Of a stretch of 46,917 nt of DNA, positions 23,090 to 34,200 are shown piece by piece. The stretch comes from a virus (Duplodnaviria > Heunggongvirae > Uroviricota > Caudoviricetes), in IMG/VR virus record IMGVR_UViG_2974695582_000001, positions 1-46,917 of that record; one strand, given 5' to 3'. Position 1 is the stretch's first letter. Every line of letters begins with the position of its first letter. The notes under the pieces were generated by a model. That model worked only from the letters and a program-made list of their open reading frames with translations. It ran no database searches and was not told the DNA's origin. A program made the position numbers and the translations under genes.

Positions 23090-23719
23090 ATGGCATATCA
23101 GGTACGTAACATTATTATTGGTGCAGCGGCTCTCTACATTTCTGCAAAGGATTCAACCGACGCAGCATGGGGAGGCGGTCCAGCACTACCAGCGGCACCG
23201 GGTGCAGGTAGTTCATACACAACTACTCTTGATACTTCTGCTGACTGGCGTCATGCCGGTTTCACAACAGAAGGTCTTGAGGTTTCATATGAGCCTGACT
23301 ACGGAGACGTTGAGGTTGACCAGCTTCTAGACTCTGCTAAGTTGTTCAAGCAGTCTATGCGTGTAACGATTAACACGACTCTTGCTGAGGCAGCTCTAGA
23401 GAATCTTCTAGTTGCTTGGGGTCAGCAGTCTGCAACTCTAACTTCAACATCAAGCACGACTGAGCTTGGAATTGCAGCAGGTGCTCTTGGTGATGAGCCA
23501 GTTGAGCGCGCTCTTGTAGCCGTTGGACCTGGTCCAAAGACGGCTGCGGGTGCAAAGCGTGAGCGTCTATACCACGCCCGCCGTGTTCTGTCTGTTGAGT
23601 CTTCAGCTCACAGCGTTCGTCGTAATGAAGCTACGGTATTCCCAGTTGCATTCCGACTTCTACCAGACCCTAACTTCAGTGGTTCTGAGTATGGTGTAAT
23701 TAGAGACCGTAACGTCTGA
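23090..23719 (+). CDS. Major tail (tube) protein
   Basis: NIIIGAAALY, GFTTEGLEVSYEPD..DVEVDQ, TTLAEA.LENL; strong RBS; followed by terminator and chaperone genes. Confidence 0.88.
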   Translation: MAYQVRNIIIGAAALYISAKDSTDAAWGGGPALPAAPGAGSSYTTTLDTSADWRHAGFTTEGLEVSYEPDYGDVEVDQLLDSAKLFKQSMRVTINTTLAEAALENLLVAWGQQSATLTSTSSTTELGIAAGALGDEPVERALVAVGPGPKTAAGAKRERLYHARRVLSVESSAHSVRRNEATVFPVAFRLLPDPNFSGSEYGVIRDRNV

Positions 23720-23731
23720 GTTTAATTTTAG

Positions 23732-23770
23732 TGAAAGCTACCCCGCATGAAAATGCGGGGTCTTTCATTT
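23732..23770 (+). terminator. Intrinsic terminator after the major tail gene
   Basis: ACCCCGCAT-GAAA-ATGCGGGGT, extended by TGAAAG/CTTTCA, then TTT. Confidence 0.9.
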
Positions 23771-23797
23771 TGTGTTCTCGTAAAATCATGGTAAACT
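23770..23797 (+). promoter_or_regulatory. Promoter with extended -10 TGG-TAAACT
   Basis: Directly after the terminator; TTGTGT 16 nt upstream. Confidence 0.45.
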
Positions 23798-23828
23798 AGA
23801 ATCACTAATGGAAGGAAAGATTATCTAA

Positions 23829-24179
23829 ATGGCAACGACAGTTTATACAACCGAAGAGGTCGAGCTTCAGGACGGCACCACGGTTACTCTAAAGCCACTC
23901 ACAATTAAGAATCTACGTAAGTTTATGAAGGCAATGGAGGGTTTTGCAGAGGCAACAACTGAAGACGAGGGTCTTGAGGTTATGCTTGATTCAGCCGCTC
24001 TTTGTCTAAAGGCACAGCGTCCAGAGTTTTGGGATGAGAAGACTTCTAAGCACTCAGAAGAATTTGAGGATGCAGTAGATATTCCGACAATCTACAAGGT
24101 TCTTGATGTCTGTGGAGGTATCAAGTTGAATGACCCAAATCTTCTAGCGGCGGCAGCGGAGGCTCTTGGGAGGAACTAA
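23829..24179 (+). CDS. Tail assembly chaperone (short form)
   Basis: Between major tail and tape measure; VTLKPLTIKNLRKF. Confidence 0.88.
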   Translation: MATTVYTTEEVELQDGTTVTLKPLTIKNLRKFMKAMEGFAEATTEDEGLEVMLDSAALCLKAQRPEFWDEKTSKHSEEFEDAVDIPTIYKVLDVCGGIKLNDPNLLAAAAEALGRN

Positions 24180-24475
24180 ACCTCGCCCAGCTTGAGGCTG
24201 AGGTTTTTCTTCTAGGGCACTGGAAAAACTTCGAGGAGATTGAGGACAACCTCACTCTAGATGAACTCCAGGCTATTTTGGAAGCCGCAAGAGATAAGGA
24301 ATATAGAGGACAGAAATTCGCAGCAGCTCTGAAGGGTATCGACCTTGATGAGAAGACCGGAAACAACGATACATCATTTGATGATATTAAGAGACGAGCA
24401 GAGGCTAAGCTGCATGGTGTTTCCGAAGACGAAATCGAATTCTCTAATATTGGTATTGCAGTAATTGAAGAATAA
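23829..24475 (+). CDS. Tail assembly chaperone, long form via -1 frameshift at CCCAAAT (24134-24140)
   Basis: C CCA AAT fits X XXY YYZ in frame; the -1 frame is open to TAA 24473-24475 (SSSGGSGGSWEELNLAQLEAEVFLLGHWKNF...). Confidence 0.8.
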
Positions 24476-24487
24476 GGACTGATTGAA

Positions 24488-27400
24488 ATAGAAAACATTC
24501 AAATTCGCTTTAGTGGCTCCGCAAACTTCAGGGAAGTTTATGGAGAAGTAACCCGACTGAACCAGCAGTTGCAGATTATGCAGCGTACAATGGCGTCGGG
24601 CGCTTTGTCTATGGCGGATGTCAATACTGCAAGGGCCGGATTTACTCAGGCTGCCAATGCAACCGGACAACTAGCAACTCAGGCTGTACGTGCTCGCACA
24701 GAGACCTCTCTGCTTACTGAGGCAATCGCAAAGGGAGACCTTGGTTATAGGCAGTCTATGCGAGTACGTCAGCAGTTTAACAATATTCTTCGAGAGCAGT
24801 ATCAGCTCCAGAGAGCTACTGCTGTACAGTGGACTCAGTCTACTAATGGCCGAATGACGGCCGACTTGGTAATTCCACGAACCGCATCAGCCGCAATGAA
24901 TGCCTACACAGGCTCAATTGCGGCTAATTCGCGTGCTCTGATTACTAACATTGGTAATATGACCGCATGGTCGGCAGCAGCACGTGTTATGCAAATGCGA
25001 ATTGGTCTAGCTTCTGCTGCAATGGTTGCTTCGTCTGAGGCAATGGTTAAGTGGGGTAAGAACACCCAGTGGGCTGGTCGTCAGCTAATGGTTGGTTTCA
25101 CCATCCCGCTTATGGCTTTTGGCGCGGTGGCTGGTAAGGCTGCTTATGACGTAGATGCAGCAATGACACGTATTGCTAAGGTTTATGACACAACTGCTAC
25201 TTCTGTTGCTGGAAAGCAGAGAGAGCTTGATTCTCTCCGCTCTGAGTCTATGAATATGGCTACTCAGGTTGCTAAGAAGTATGGTCAGTCTGTCAAGGAC
25301 ACTCTAGACATCGAGGCTCAGCTTGCTGCAACAGGTCTAAAGGGCCAGGAGCTACAGCAGTCTACCGTACAGGTTACCCGTGCTGCAACCCTTGGTGAGC
25401 TTGACCGACAGGATGCTATTAAGGCAACTATTTCTCTTCAGTCTGTATATAATGCGGAATGGCAGAAGACTGGCGGATTGGCCAAGAATACTGCTGAAGC
25501 TTTCGAATACATGAACGCAATGGAGAATGCAACCAGCCTTTCCATGCAGGACTTTGTTGAGGCAATTCCTCGTGGTGCTGGTGTTCTTAAGGGTCTAGGT
25601 GTTGGCCTTAGAGAAATGGGTCCATTGCTTGTTGCTCTCAGACAGCAGGGTATTTCCGCTGCTGAGGGTATGAATGGTTTGCGTTCTTCAGCTCAGAGAC
25701 TTCTATTGATTACTCCACAGGCTGAGGATATGTGGAGCAAGTACCTTCCTAACAAGGGGACACTACAGAGCATTGTAGACCAGACCGAGGGTCAGTTTAT
25801 TCCTACTCTTGAGAAGATGGCTGATGCAATGGAAGGACTTAAGCCATATCAGCGTCAGCAGATTTTGACTAAGGTCTTCAATGTTTACCAGAACAACAAG
25901 ATGTTGGCAGTTCTTGATGGTCTTACAAATAAGACTGGTCAGGTTGCTACCGCATTTAAGGTTATGAACCAGGATGCCACAAAGAACGCCTTGACTGCTC
26001 AGCAGGAGCTTGACCGTATGGCCGAGTCTGCTTCTGGTAAGTTCAAGCGTGCTCTTGAGAACCTAAAGGCTCAGATGGCTGTACTTGGTGAGCCGTTCCT
26101 TGAGGCTGCATCTGAAATCGTGGGCTTTATCTCTAAGCTTGTCGATATGTTTAACGCGATGCCAGGACCACTAAAGAAGTTCCTATCTTACATGGTTATC
26201 TTCGGAGCCATCGTAGGTCCTATCATCATGCTTGTTGGTCTATTCGCTAACTTGATTGGAAATATCTTTAAGCTTGCTGGAACTGTTGGTGTTCTTCTTT
26301 CAAGATTCCGCCCATTGACTATGGAGCAGAGGGCACAACAGTTGCTAGCTAATCAGTCTTCCCTAGCCTGGAACAACCAGGCTCGTGCAGCACAGGCTTT
26401 GTCTATGCAGCTTACTACTTTGACTGCTCAGATGGAAAGAACTGCTATTGCTCAAATGCAGATGAATGGTACGGCAATTACTAGATTTGGTAATACCACT
26501 CCAAACTATGCCACGAATATTGGTGGTATTGGTCCTGCGGCTCCGCCAACAAATAGTCCTTATGGAGTAAATGCGGCGGGTCGTAACTACAATACTACAA
26601 CTGGTAGATTGGTATCTCAGGCAGAGGTAAATGCCTATGCTTCTGCTCAGGCTGCTGCTGCTAGGTCATCTGCACAGACTGCGGCAAATACGACAACCAC
26701 CCGTAGAAACTGGAGTGGAATTGCTACCTCAATGGGAGCTGTCGGTGTAGCTGCTGCTGGTATGGCTTTGATGACTGGTTCATCAAGTCAGATGATGAAT
26801 AATATCATGGCTGCCGTTCTTGCTGCATCCCTACTTGGCCCAATGCTTGTAAAGGCTTTCCGTAGTGCTGGAATTGCTGCGGCTGCTGCAAATGTCGCTG
26901 GAGCATTTAGCTTTGGTCGAGCAACTGGAGCTGCTGCCGGTGCTGGTCGTGCTGGTGCAGTTGGCCAGGGTCTTTTGGCTGCCCTTCCTGCGGCTGGAAG
27001 GCTTGGAATGGTCATTGCTAGGTTTGCTGGTCCGGCTGGTCTTTTGGCTACTGGTGCTTACATGGCATATAAGCTTTATGGGAACATGAAGAAGGGTATT
27101 GAAACCCAGAAGAGAATTAACGAGTCTGCTAAGGACTGGGGAGACATTCTCGGATTCGTTTACCATGAGGCTGGAGAGATTACTACTCAGGAGGGTAAGA
27201 CAAAGTCTACTCTTGATGCTCAGGTAACCAAGATGAAGGAAAAGAACAAGGAGCTTGTCAAGAGTCTCCAGCTTGCAAAGGCGGCTGGTGACCAGGAGAA
27301 GGCTGTAAACCTTGCAATTTCCGAGGGTCTTAAGGTTCGAAATCACGGTGGTTCTGCTAATGACGCAATGAACGCTGCTCGTATTTCTCTAAGAGCCGCT

Positions 27401-30400
27401 GGATATACCAGCCAGGAGATTGAGCCTCTAATCCAGGAGATTAAGGTCAAGGTAAACTTTGAAGATGCCAAGAGCACCATGAAGGCTCAGATGAAGGAAT
27501 TCGCTAGCACCTTCAATAAGGTTGCTAATAATGAATTCGGTCAAGGTGGCTGGGAAGGCTTTACTCGTGCATTCTCTGGAACTGGAGAGATTAACCAGAA
27601 TGCTGCCGAGCGTGGTAAGGGTATGGCTAAGGAATTCTGGACAGCATTTCAGGCTCAGAATGACATGTCTTCACGTAGAAATTACTTTGATGAATTCTAC
27701 AAGTCAGTTGGCAAGGAAAACAAGATTGCTTGGGGACGACTTGGAAACGATAACCGCGAAGACCTAAAGAAGGCGGGTATTGAATCATGGAGAGAATTCG
27801 CCAATGCTTACCGTGACGCTCAGGATATGACTGACATCGAGTTCAGAAACACATGGGCTGACGGTGATATCGAAAAGGCGAATGAGCTTAAGCGTGCCCT
27901 CCGTGGACTTGGTGGAGAAACCCGTGAGTATGCTGAAAAGCACATGGATGCCGAGAAGTTTGTTGCTCGTGAGATTGCCAAGAAGAACAACATGTCTGAT
28001 GAGGAAATCAAGAAGATTCACTCTCTAGATGACTTGTATGGAAAGCTTGACATGGCTTTGATGACTGTAGCAGATGCTCAGGCAACATACAAGCGTGTTC
28101 TTTCTCAGGCATATCGTGACCAGGGTAATCTTTCTAAGAAGGAGCAGCTACGTATCCTTAACATTTACCGCGTAAATGCTGGTCTCGAAAAGGCGAAGTC
28201 TGTTGAACAGGGCTTTGGCGATGTTATCGATTCCACGACGGGTAAGGTAAAGGATAACGCTAGTGCACTCCAGGAAGCTGCTGTATCTGTAGATGACTGG
28301 AACAATTCACGCCAGAAGGCAATGTCTGGTGCGATGGACACTGTCCTTTCCGAGGCTGACGAAATTTGGCAGGAAAGAGCAGACCGTGAGATTTCAGCTA
28401 TTGAAGCATCTGGAGAGCGTAGGGAGAATGCTCTAGATTCTGCCGCTGAGCGACAGGATGCCCGTTTTGATGCTCGTGCCGAGGCTGCCGATAAGAGATT
28501 CGATAAGCGCTCAAAGAACCTTGATAAGCGCTGGGACAAGATTATGGAAGACTTCGATAATCGTTGGGATGCCAGAATCAAGCGCGAAGAGGCCGCATAC
28601 AATAAGAAGATTGACAATATCAAGAAGGCTATTGCGGCTGAAGAGAAGGCTGAAGAAACTCGTCAGAAGATTTTCGAGGCTGAGAAGACTCGAATGGAAC
28701 GTATGGCAGCAATGGCTAACCAGAACATTGATTTCAATGTTGCTGTCAATACAGGTAACCTAGACGAGGCTGCTAAGATTGCAAATAACATGCAGTCTAC
28801 CACAGACTCATGGACACTTGATGACGCTGCTGCATCTAGCCAGGACCAGTCAGACGCTCGTAAGCAAAAGATGGAGGGTCAGATTACGACCCTTGAGGCT
28901 CAGCGTGACAAGCGTATCGAATCTCTTAAGAAGGTTGAAGAGGCCGAAAAGAAGGCTCTTGAGGCTAAGAAGGCTCGTGAGCAGGAAGCTCTAGCCGCTG
29001 AGCGTGAGCGTTACAACAAGGCACTTGAGGCTGAAAGAGAGCGTTACCGTAAGGGTATCGAGGCTCAGAAGAAGGCTATTCAGGAGCAGACTCGTCGTGA
29101 TGTTGAGGCTAAGCGTAAGGAGCTTGACCGTATGAAGAAGACTCTTGAACAGGAGCTTCTAGCGGTCCGTGCCTCTATTCCTCGCAATAAGAAGGAATAC
29201 CAGAAGCAGATTTCTACAATTGAGGGTCTTTACAAGAAGTATGGTGTAAACCTAAAGAGCCAGGGTAATCGATGGGCAGACACAATTGGTAATGCCCTTA
29301 CCTCTCACGTCAAGGAAGCTGCTGCTGACATCAAGAACAAGATTGCTTGGGGTAGCGTAGCCAACAAGGTAACTCAGGAAATGGTTGATGGTGGATTTAA
29401 TCTAACCACTTCTCAGTTCATGAAGTGGGTTACCACTGGAGAGCTTCCTAAGAGCTACAAGGCACCATCAAAGCCAAAGACTCGACACAAGGGTGGACCT
29501 GTTTCAGGTAATTCTAAGTATGATAACCGTGGTGGTCGTCACTGGGGTGCTGGTCTGCGACGAGACGAATCATTCGCTCTTCTAAAGAATGATGAGTATG
29601 TTCTAAATGGTAAGGCTCACAAGATGCTGGGAACTTCTAACCTTGACCGCATTAACAAGGGTGATGTTGGAACTGGCGGAATTGGTGGAGCTTCCGATGG
29701 TCTAGGTCTTCTAGGTGCTTTCGCGGCGGGTATGGAAGGAATGTACGAATCTGCTGCACAGATGGCAATTGAATCAGCAGGAAATCAGGCTATGGGATTT
29801 GGCATTGATGGAATGGCAATTGCTGGTGCAGCCGGTATGTATGGAAACGTACGCCTAAGTAATGAGCAGCTAAGCAATGCTGCTGCCATTATTGGTGTAG
29901 GTAAGTCTCTTGGTGCAACAACCCGAGACAACATCATCGCCATTATGACAGCTATGCAGGAGTCTACTCTTCGTAACCTAACTTATGGTGACCGTGACTC
30001 TGTTGGTTTGTTCCAGCAGCGAAACGCATGGGGTTCGTTCGCTGACCGTACAAATCCTTCAAAGGCTGCCAGAATGTTCTTCCTTGGTGGTGCGGCTGGA
30101 CAGAGAGGTCTATTCGACTTCCCTAACCGAGCAAAGATGAGCTTGGCTCAGGCTGCTCAGGCCGTTCAGGTTTCTGCCTTCCCAAGTGCTTATGCTAAGT
30201 GGGAAGATATGGCTCGTGCGGTTGTTTCCGGAACAGGTTTCCAGCCATTTGGTGGAACTGGTGGAGGAACAAAGCGTCGTCCTGTTAATTCTCCTGTGTC
30301 TCGTAGCTATGCGAATCACAGTAACCTACCAAGGGCTACCGACTTTGGTTCTCCTGTGGGAACTCCTGTTCGCGCGGCTATGAATGGTGTTGTTACAACT

Positions 30401-30901
30401 TCTGCCGACTTGAGAAGTGGAAATGGATATCGTTCATACGGTCGATACATTGTAATTCAGGGTGGTAACGAAAAGACTCTGTATGCTCACCTTTCTGACC
30501 GTGGAGTTGGTGTTGGTCGTCAGGTTCGTGCCGGACAGCTAATTGGTTATTCTGGTAACACAGGTAATTCAAGTGGTCCCCACCTTCACTTTGAGACATG
30601 GAGAAATGGTAAGACCGTTTCGCCGGGTGCTTTCGGAATTCCTGGAATGAAGACTGGTGGATTTACATTGAATGACGGTTTGGCAATGCTTCACAAGAAT
30701 GAGACTGTTCTTACAGCTCCACTTTCAGAGCAGCTTAAGTCTGGAATTCAGAATATTGACCAGGGTACTAATAATGAGTACAATGTAAGTATTACATTCG
30801 AAGGCCCTGTGAATTCAGAACTGGACATTGAGCGTGCAGTTACAAAGGCTATTAATAAGCGAGAAAGTAAGCTAGGTAGGAATAGGAGTATCACAACGTG
30901 A
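24488..30901 (+). CDS. Tape measure protein with C-terminal cell-wall hydrolase domains (lysozyme-like QES and M23 peptidase); start uncertain (ATA 24488 versus TTG 24569/ATG 24578)
   Basis: >2100 aa helical Ala-rich protein after the chaperone; AMQES..RNL..GDRDSVGLFQQ; YAHLS...GNTGNSSGPHLHFE. Confidence 0.92.
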   Translation: MENIQIRFSGSANFREVYGEVTRLNQQLQIMQRTMASGALSMADVNTARAGFTQAANATGQLATQAVRARTETSLLTEAIAKGDLGYRQSMRVRQQFNNILREQYQLQRATAVQWTQSTNGRMTADLVIPRTASAAMNAYTGSIAANSRALITNIGNMTAWSAAARVMQMRIGLASAAMVASSEAMVKWGKNTQWAGRQLMVGFTIPLMAFGAVAGKAAYDVDAAMTRIAKVYDTTATSVAGKQRELDSLRSESMNMATQVAKKYGQSVKDTLDIEAQLAATGLKGQELQQSTVQVTRAATLGELDRQDAIKATISLQSVYNAEWQKTGGLAKNTAEAFEYMNAMENATSLSMQDFVEAIPRGAGVLKGLGVGLREMGPLLVALRQQGISAAEGMNGLRSSAQRLLLITPQAEDMWSKYLPNKGTLQSIVDQTEGQFIPTLEKMADAMEGLKPYQRQQILTKVFNVYQNNKMLAVLDGLTNKTGQVATAFKVMNQDATKNALTAQQELDRMAESASGKFKRALENLKAQMAVLGEPFLEAASEIVGFISKLVDMFNAMPGPLKKFLSYMVIFGAIVGPIIMLVGLFANLIGNIFKLAGTVGVLLSRFRPLTMEQRAQQLLANQSSLAWNNQARAAQALSMQLTTLTAQMERTAIAQMQMNGTAITRFGNTTPNYATNIGGIGPAAPPTNSPYGVNAAGRNYNTTTGRLVSQAEVNAYASAQAAAARSSAQTAANTTTTRRNWSGIATSMGAVGVAAAGMALMTGSSSQMMNNIMAAVLAASLLGPMLVKAFRSAGIAAAAANVAGAFSFGRATGAAAGAGRAGAVGQGLLAALPAAGRLGMVIARFAGPAGLLATGAYMAYKLYGNMKKGIETQKRINESAKDWGDILGFVYHEAGEITTQEGKTKSTLDAQVTKMKEKNKELVKSLQLAKAAGDQEKAVNLAISEGLKVRNHGGSANDAMNAARISLRAAGYTSQEIEPLIQEIKVKVNFEDAKSTMKAQMKEFASTFNKVANNEFGQGGWEGFTRAFSGTGEINQNAAERGKGMAKEFWTAFQAQNDMSSRRNYFDEFYKSVGKENKIAWGRLGNDNREDLKKAGIESWREFANAYRDAQDMTDIEFRNTWADGDIEKANELKRALRGLGGETREYAEKHMDAEKFVAREIAKKNNMSDEEIKKIHSLDDLYGKLDMALMTVADAQATYKRVLSQAYRDQGNLSKKEQLRILNIYRVNAGLEKAKSVEQGFGDVIDSTTGKVKDNASALQEAAVSVDDWNNSRQKAMSGAMDTVLSEADEIWQERADREISAIEASGERRENALDSAAERQDARFDARAEAADKRFDKRSKNLDKRWDKIMEDFDNRWDARIKREEAAYNKKIDNIKKAIAAEEKAEETRQKIFEAEKTRMERMAAMANQNIDFNVAVNTGNLDEAAKIANNMQSTTDSWTLDDAAASSQDQSDARKQKMEGQITTLEAQRDKRIESLKKVEEAEKKALEAKKAREQEALAAERERYNKALEAERERYRKGIEAQKKAIQEQTRRDVEAKRKELDRMKKTLEQELLAVRASIPRNKKEYQKQISTIEGLYKKYGVNLKSQGNRWADTIGNALTSHVKEAAADIKNKIAWGSVANKVTQEMVDGGFNLTTSQFMKWVTTGELPKSYKAPSKPKTRHKGGPVSGNSKYDNRGGRHWGAGLRRDESFALLKNDEYVLNGKAHKMLGTSNLDRINKGDVGTGGIGGASDGLGLLGAFAAGMEGMYESAAQMAIESAGNQAMGFGIDGMAIAGAAGMYGNVRLSNEQLSNAAAIIGVGKSLGATTRDNIIAIMTAMQESTLRNLTYGDRDSVGLFQQRNAWGSFADRTNPSKAARMFFLGGAAGQRGLFDFPNRAKMSLAQAAQAVQVSAFPSAYAKWEDMARAVVSGTGFQPFGGTGGGTKRRPVNSPVSRSYANHSNLPRATDFGSPVGTPVRAAMNGVVTTSADLRSGNGYRSYGRYIVIQGGNEKTLYAHLSDRGVGVGRQVRAGQLIGYSGNTGNSSGPHLHFETWRNGKTVSPGAFGIPGMKTGGFTLNDGLAMLHKNETVLTAPLSEQLKSGIQNIDQGTNNEYNVSITFEGPVNSELDIERAVTKAINKRESKLGRNRSITT

Positions 30902-31299
30902 TTATTACGATGCCCCGCCCACGACTGATGCGATGGAATGGTAATGCAATTACTGACCATAACAGAGCGCAGCTTAGCATTGACGTAGAGAGGCTTGAGA
31001 AGAAGCAAAGAATGGCAAACGGTACTTTGCGTAAGTACATTGTTGCCGACAAGCGCAACTTCTCAACCTCTTGGTCAATGCTTCCCAAGCTGTCTACTCA
31101 GACAGTTGATGGATTTTGGGGTGCAGAAGCAATTGAACAGTTTTATAACACCGTTACTGGTTCGTTCTCTCTAGAGCTTACCGATGGTGATGGCGAGGTT
31201 TATGATTACACCGTCATGTTTGCAGATTTCTCAAAGTCTGTTACAAAGCGCGGAAGCGTTGACTTTTGGGAAGTCTCAGTAAGTTTGGAAGAGGTCTAA
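30898..31299 (+). CDS. Minor tail protein (distal-tail-like by position)
   Basis: First gene after tape measure; GTGA overlap. Confidence 0.7.
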   Translation: MIITMPRPRLMRWNGNAITDHNRAQLSIDVERLEKKQRMANGTLRKYIVADKRNFSTSWSMLPKLSTQTVDGFWGAEAIEQFYNTVTGSFSLELTDGDGEVYDYTVMFADFSKSVTKRGSVDFWEVSVSLEEV

Positions 31300-34200
31300 T
31301 GCAGAGTTCAACATCGTTCCTTCAGAATGCTCTGAAGCAGGGTGAAGACCTTCGTCCAGCGGTCAGGGTAATTGCTGAGTGGAACCATAACAGATACACT
31401 AAGGTTTCCACCATTGATAATTACCAGTACCCTGAAAAGACGAATGGCTACGACCTTGACATGTATCCGATTGAGACAATCATCAATCCTATTCGTCCAA
31501 CGGCGGGTCTTTTGAAGGCTCGTGCCGGTGAAGGTGCCGTTGTTCAAGGATATGCTGATACAGTTCGTGGATATAGGACATACACAGCAGACCCGGATTC
31601 TAAATACAAGTATTGGACTGGTCCAGCTCAGGCTAACACAACGCCTTATTCGGGCGGTGGCTACACATTGCCTGAACCAGTTAGACCACATATTGTATAT
31701 GAAAATTCGGTGCTAACCAACAAGATTTATATCTGCATTGAAGATTCTTGGGCCAGACCTCAGAAGTATGACATTCAGATTACAACCAATGGAACTACTT
31801 GGACGACAGTTGCGTCAGACATTGTAACAAACTCAAAGGGGCAGGTTTTGCTCTATCTTCAGGATGACAATTCTTGGACGAGCACCGTTACAAGAAATAG
31901 CGCAATGTACATCAAGGGAATTAAGCTCGATGTAAAGTCTATGAACAGAATCCATTCCTGGTTCAATCTAGTTGAGCTTGGTGCTCGTCTTGAGAAGGAT
32001 TTGTCTGACCGACTAATTGACTTCTCTACCAGCAATGAGCTTGGCGATACAGACTTCATTACTCCAATGGGAACCATTAGTTCTAACAATGCAAGTGTCA
32101 CTTTGTCTAATTACGATGGAATTTTTAATTTCGATAATGAGTCATCTCCTTATCATGGTCTAATTGATGCTAATGCTAAGTTCACAATTGATTTCGGAAT
32201 TGATGTTTCTGATTGGGGTGGTACTGGAATTGAGTATATTCGTGTTGCCACAATGTATTCAGAAAATTGGGGCGGTAACGAAGAACAGGCCGAAGTTGCA
32301 TTGAAGGATGCATCAAAGTTCCTACAGGAGATTAAGCCCTTGCCAGAACTGATGGAAAATGTAACCATTGGTATGGCTATTTGGCGTATGCTTGATTCCA
32401 TTGGATTCATTGATTATGAGTACACGAGAACAGCAGAGATTGCTTCAAACAACATTCCATATTTTTGGACGGATGACGAGAAGACTGTATGGGATAACAT
32501 TCAGGACCTTTGTCGTGTAACTCAGTCTGCATGTTATTTCGATGAGCATGGAATCCTTCAGATTAAGACTCGTGATTCTGCCTTTAATAAGACAGCGCCG
32601 GTTTCTTGGACATTTGATTATGCCCAGAATGGCTCTAAGCGCCCGGACATTGTCAGTGTTGATGTGACCAATAGCTATGAGGCAAACAAGGTTACCGTGA
32701 AGTATCAGACGACTACCCTAGCACAGGATGCTCAGGGCCGTCCAATCTCAGAGGTAATCTGGCAGCCAGAGGATACCATTGTTCTTCGTAGCTCTGCACT
32801 GACTACTTTCTTGAGTAAGACAGACACGAAGTTCTGGATTGATAAGAAGGATGTAACGTCTTGGCCTTATGAAGGAATGGTCAATATTCGTGGTGAGCTT
32901 ATCAAGTATAAGGGTAAGGGCTACCGCTATTACAAGAAGGGCGGGTCATATACCGGAAATATTGATAATGACACAATCTTCAAGGTCATTTATTCTAGTG
33001 ACGAGAAGTTGCAGATTGATAATGAGCTTTCCAATCCAGACCATAGCTGGAGAAATTATTTCACCGGCTATATGAGGGTTGAGGAGCGAGGCTATGACTC
33101 TACAACTGCTCAGGACCACGACCTTATTCAGGATGTTTGGCTAACCAACGGGTCGTACTTTGGGCTTGAGGGTGGAACTCAGAAGTTGTGGAATGGTGGA
33201 ACTAAGTTCATGCCAGCAGACTCAAAGTTGCGACTTCAGTCTACGGGAAAGAAGGCTGGTGGAAATCATTGGTATACGGCGCGTAGAGGTGCTTGGACTG
33301 GTGAGTCTCCAAAGTTTATTGGAACCAGAATGATGTTCCCTTCAAACCCTAAGGGCAAGCATACTGCTGCCGGAATTTGGGTTTGGGGAAATACAGCTCA
33401 GAATAACATGTATGCTATCGACTTGAAGTGTACAAAGAATATCGACAGAAAAACTCATAACGAAGTTCGTGTTCTTAAGCGTCGAAACGGTTCTGTTACT
33501 TCTATCGGGGGTAAGGGAGCAACCGTTGCAATTGACTACGATAAGTGGTATGACGTTGATGTTGTTGTAACGTCTACGGCCAGATTTACTGTTTATATTA
33601 ATGGCGTTTTGGTTATGAATGTTATCGATAATGGAACTGATATTCCTATTTCAGGTAGAGCCGGATTGTATGTAAGAGGAGATTGTGTAACAGACTTCGA
33701 ATACTACTACATGATGGCTGATGGTGGAATTCAGGAAACAGACCTGGATAACTCTTCATATCTGGACATTATTCGGGGCGGGTATTTCTCTAATCAGTAT
33801 TACCGTGACTTTGTTACTCGTACAAGGGTAGCTCAGAGACGTAGAGGAAAGAAGACCATCAAGTATACTCAGTGGTATGACCAGAGGTATTTTGATGAGT
33901 TTGGCCATCAGGTTCACGAATACCGACCTTATGAAATTACATTCGATAAGAAGCCGGTTTTGTATTCAACTCTGTACGTCAGCAATGATGCTCAGATTGT
34001 AACAGATGAATATATCCATAACCCATATGGAGCAAAGTTCATTGTGGCTAATGCTTCCAGAATTAATTCTGTGGCAAACGGGGAGGACACTCTTACCTAT
34101 GGAGCTGACAACCCGGTTGAACAGAAGATGATGATTACTGGACGAACAATTCAGCAAGCAGAATCGGAAGATTACGAGGTAAAGAACGAACAGGCAATTC

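Noticed and set aside
24165-24179. GGGAGGA as the chaperone slippery site
   Set aside because: In frame it reads GGG AGG, which cannot re-pair after a -1 slip; CCCAAAT upstream fits the heptamer rule
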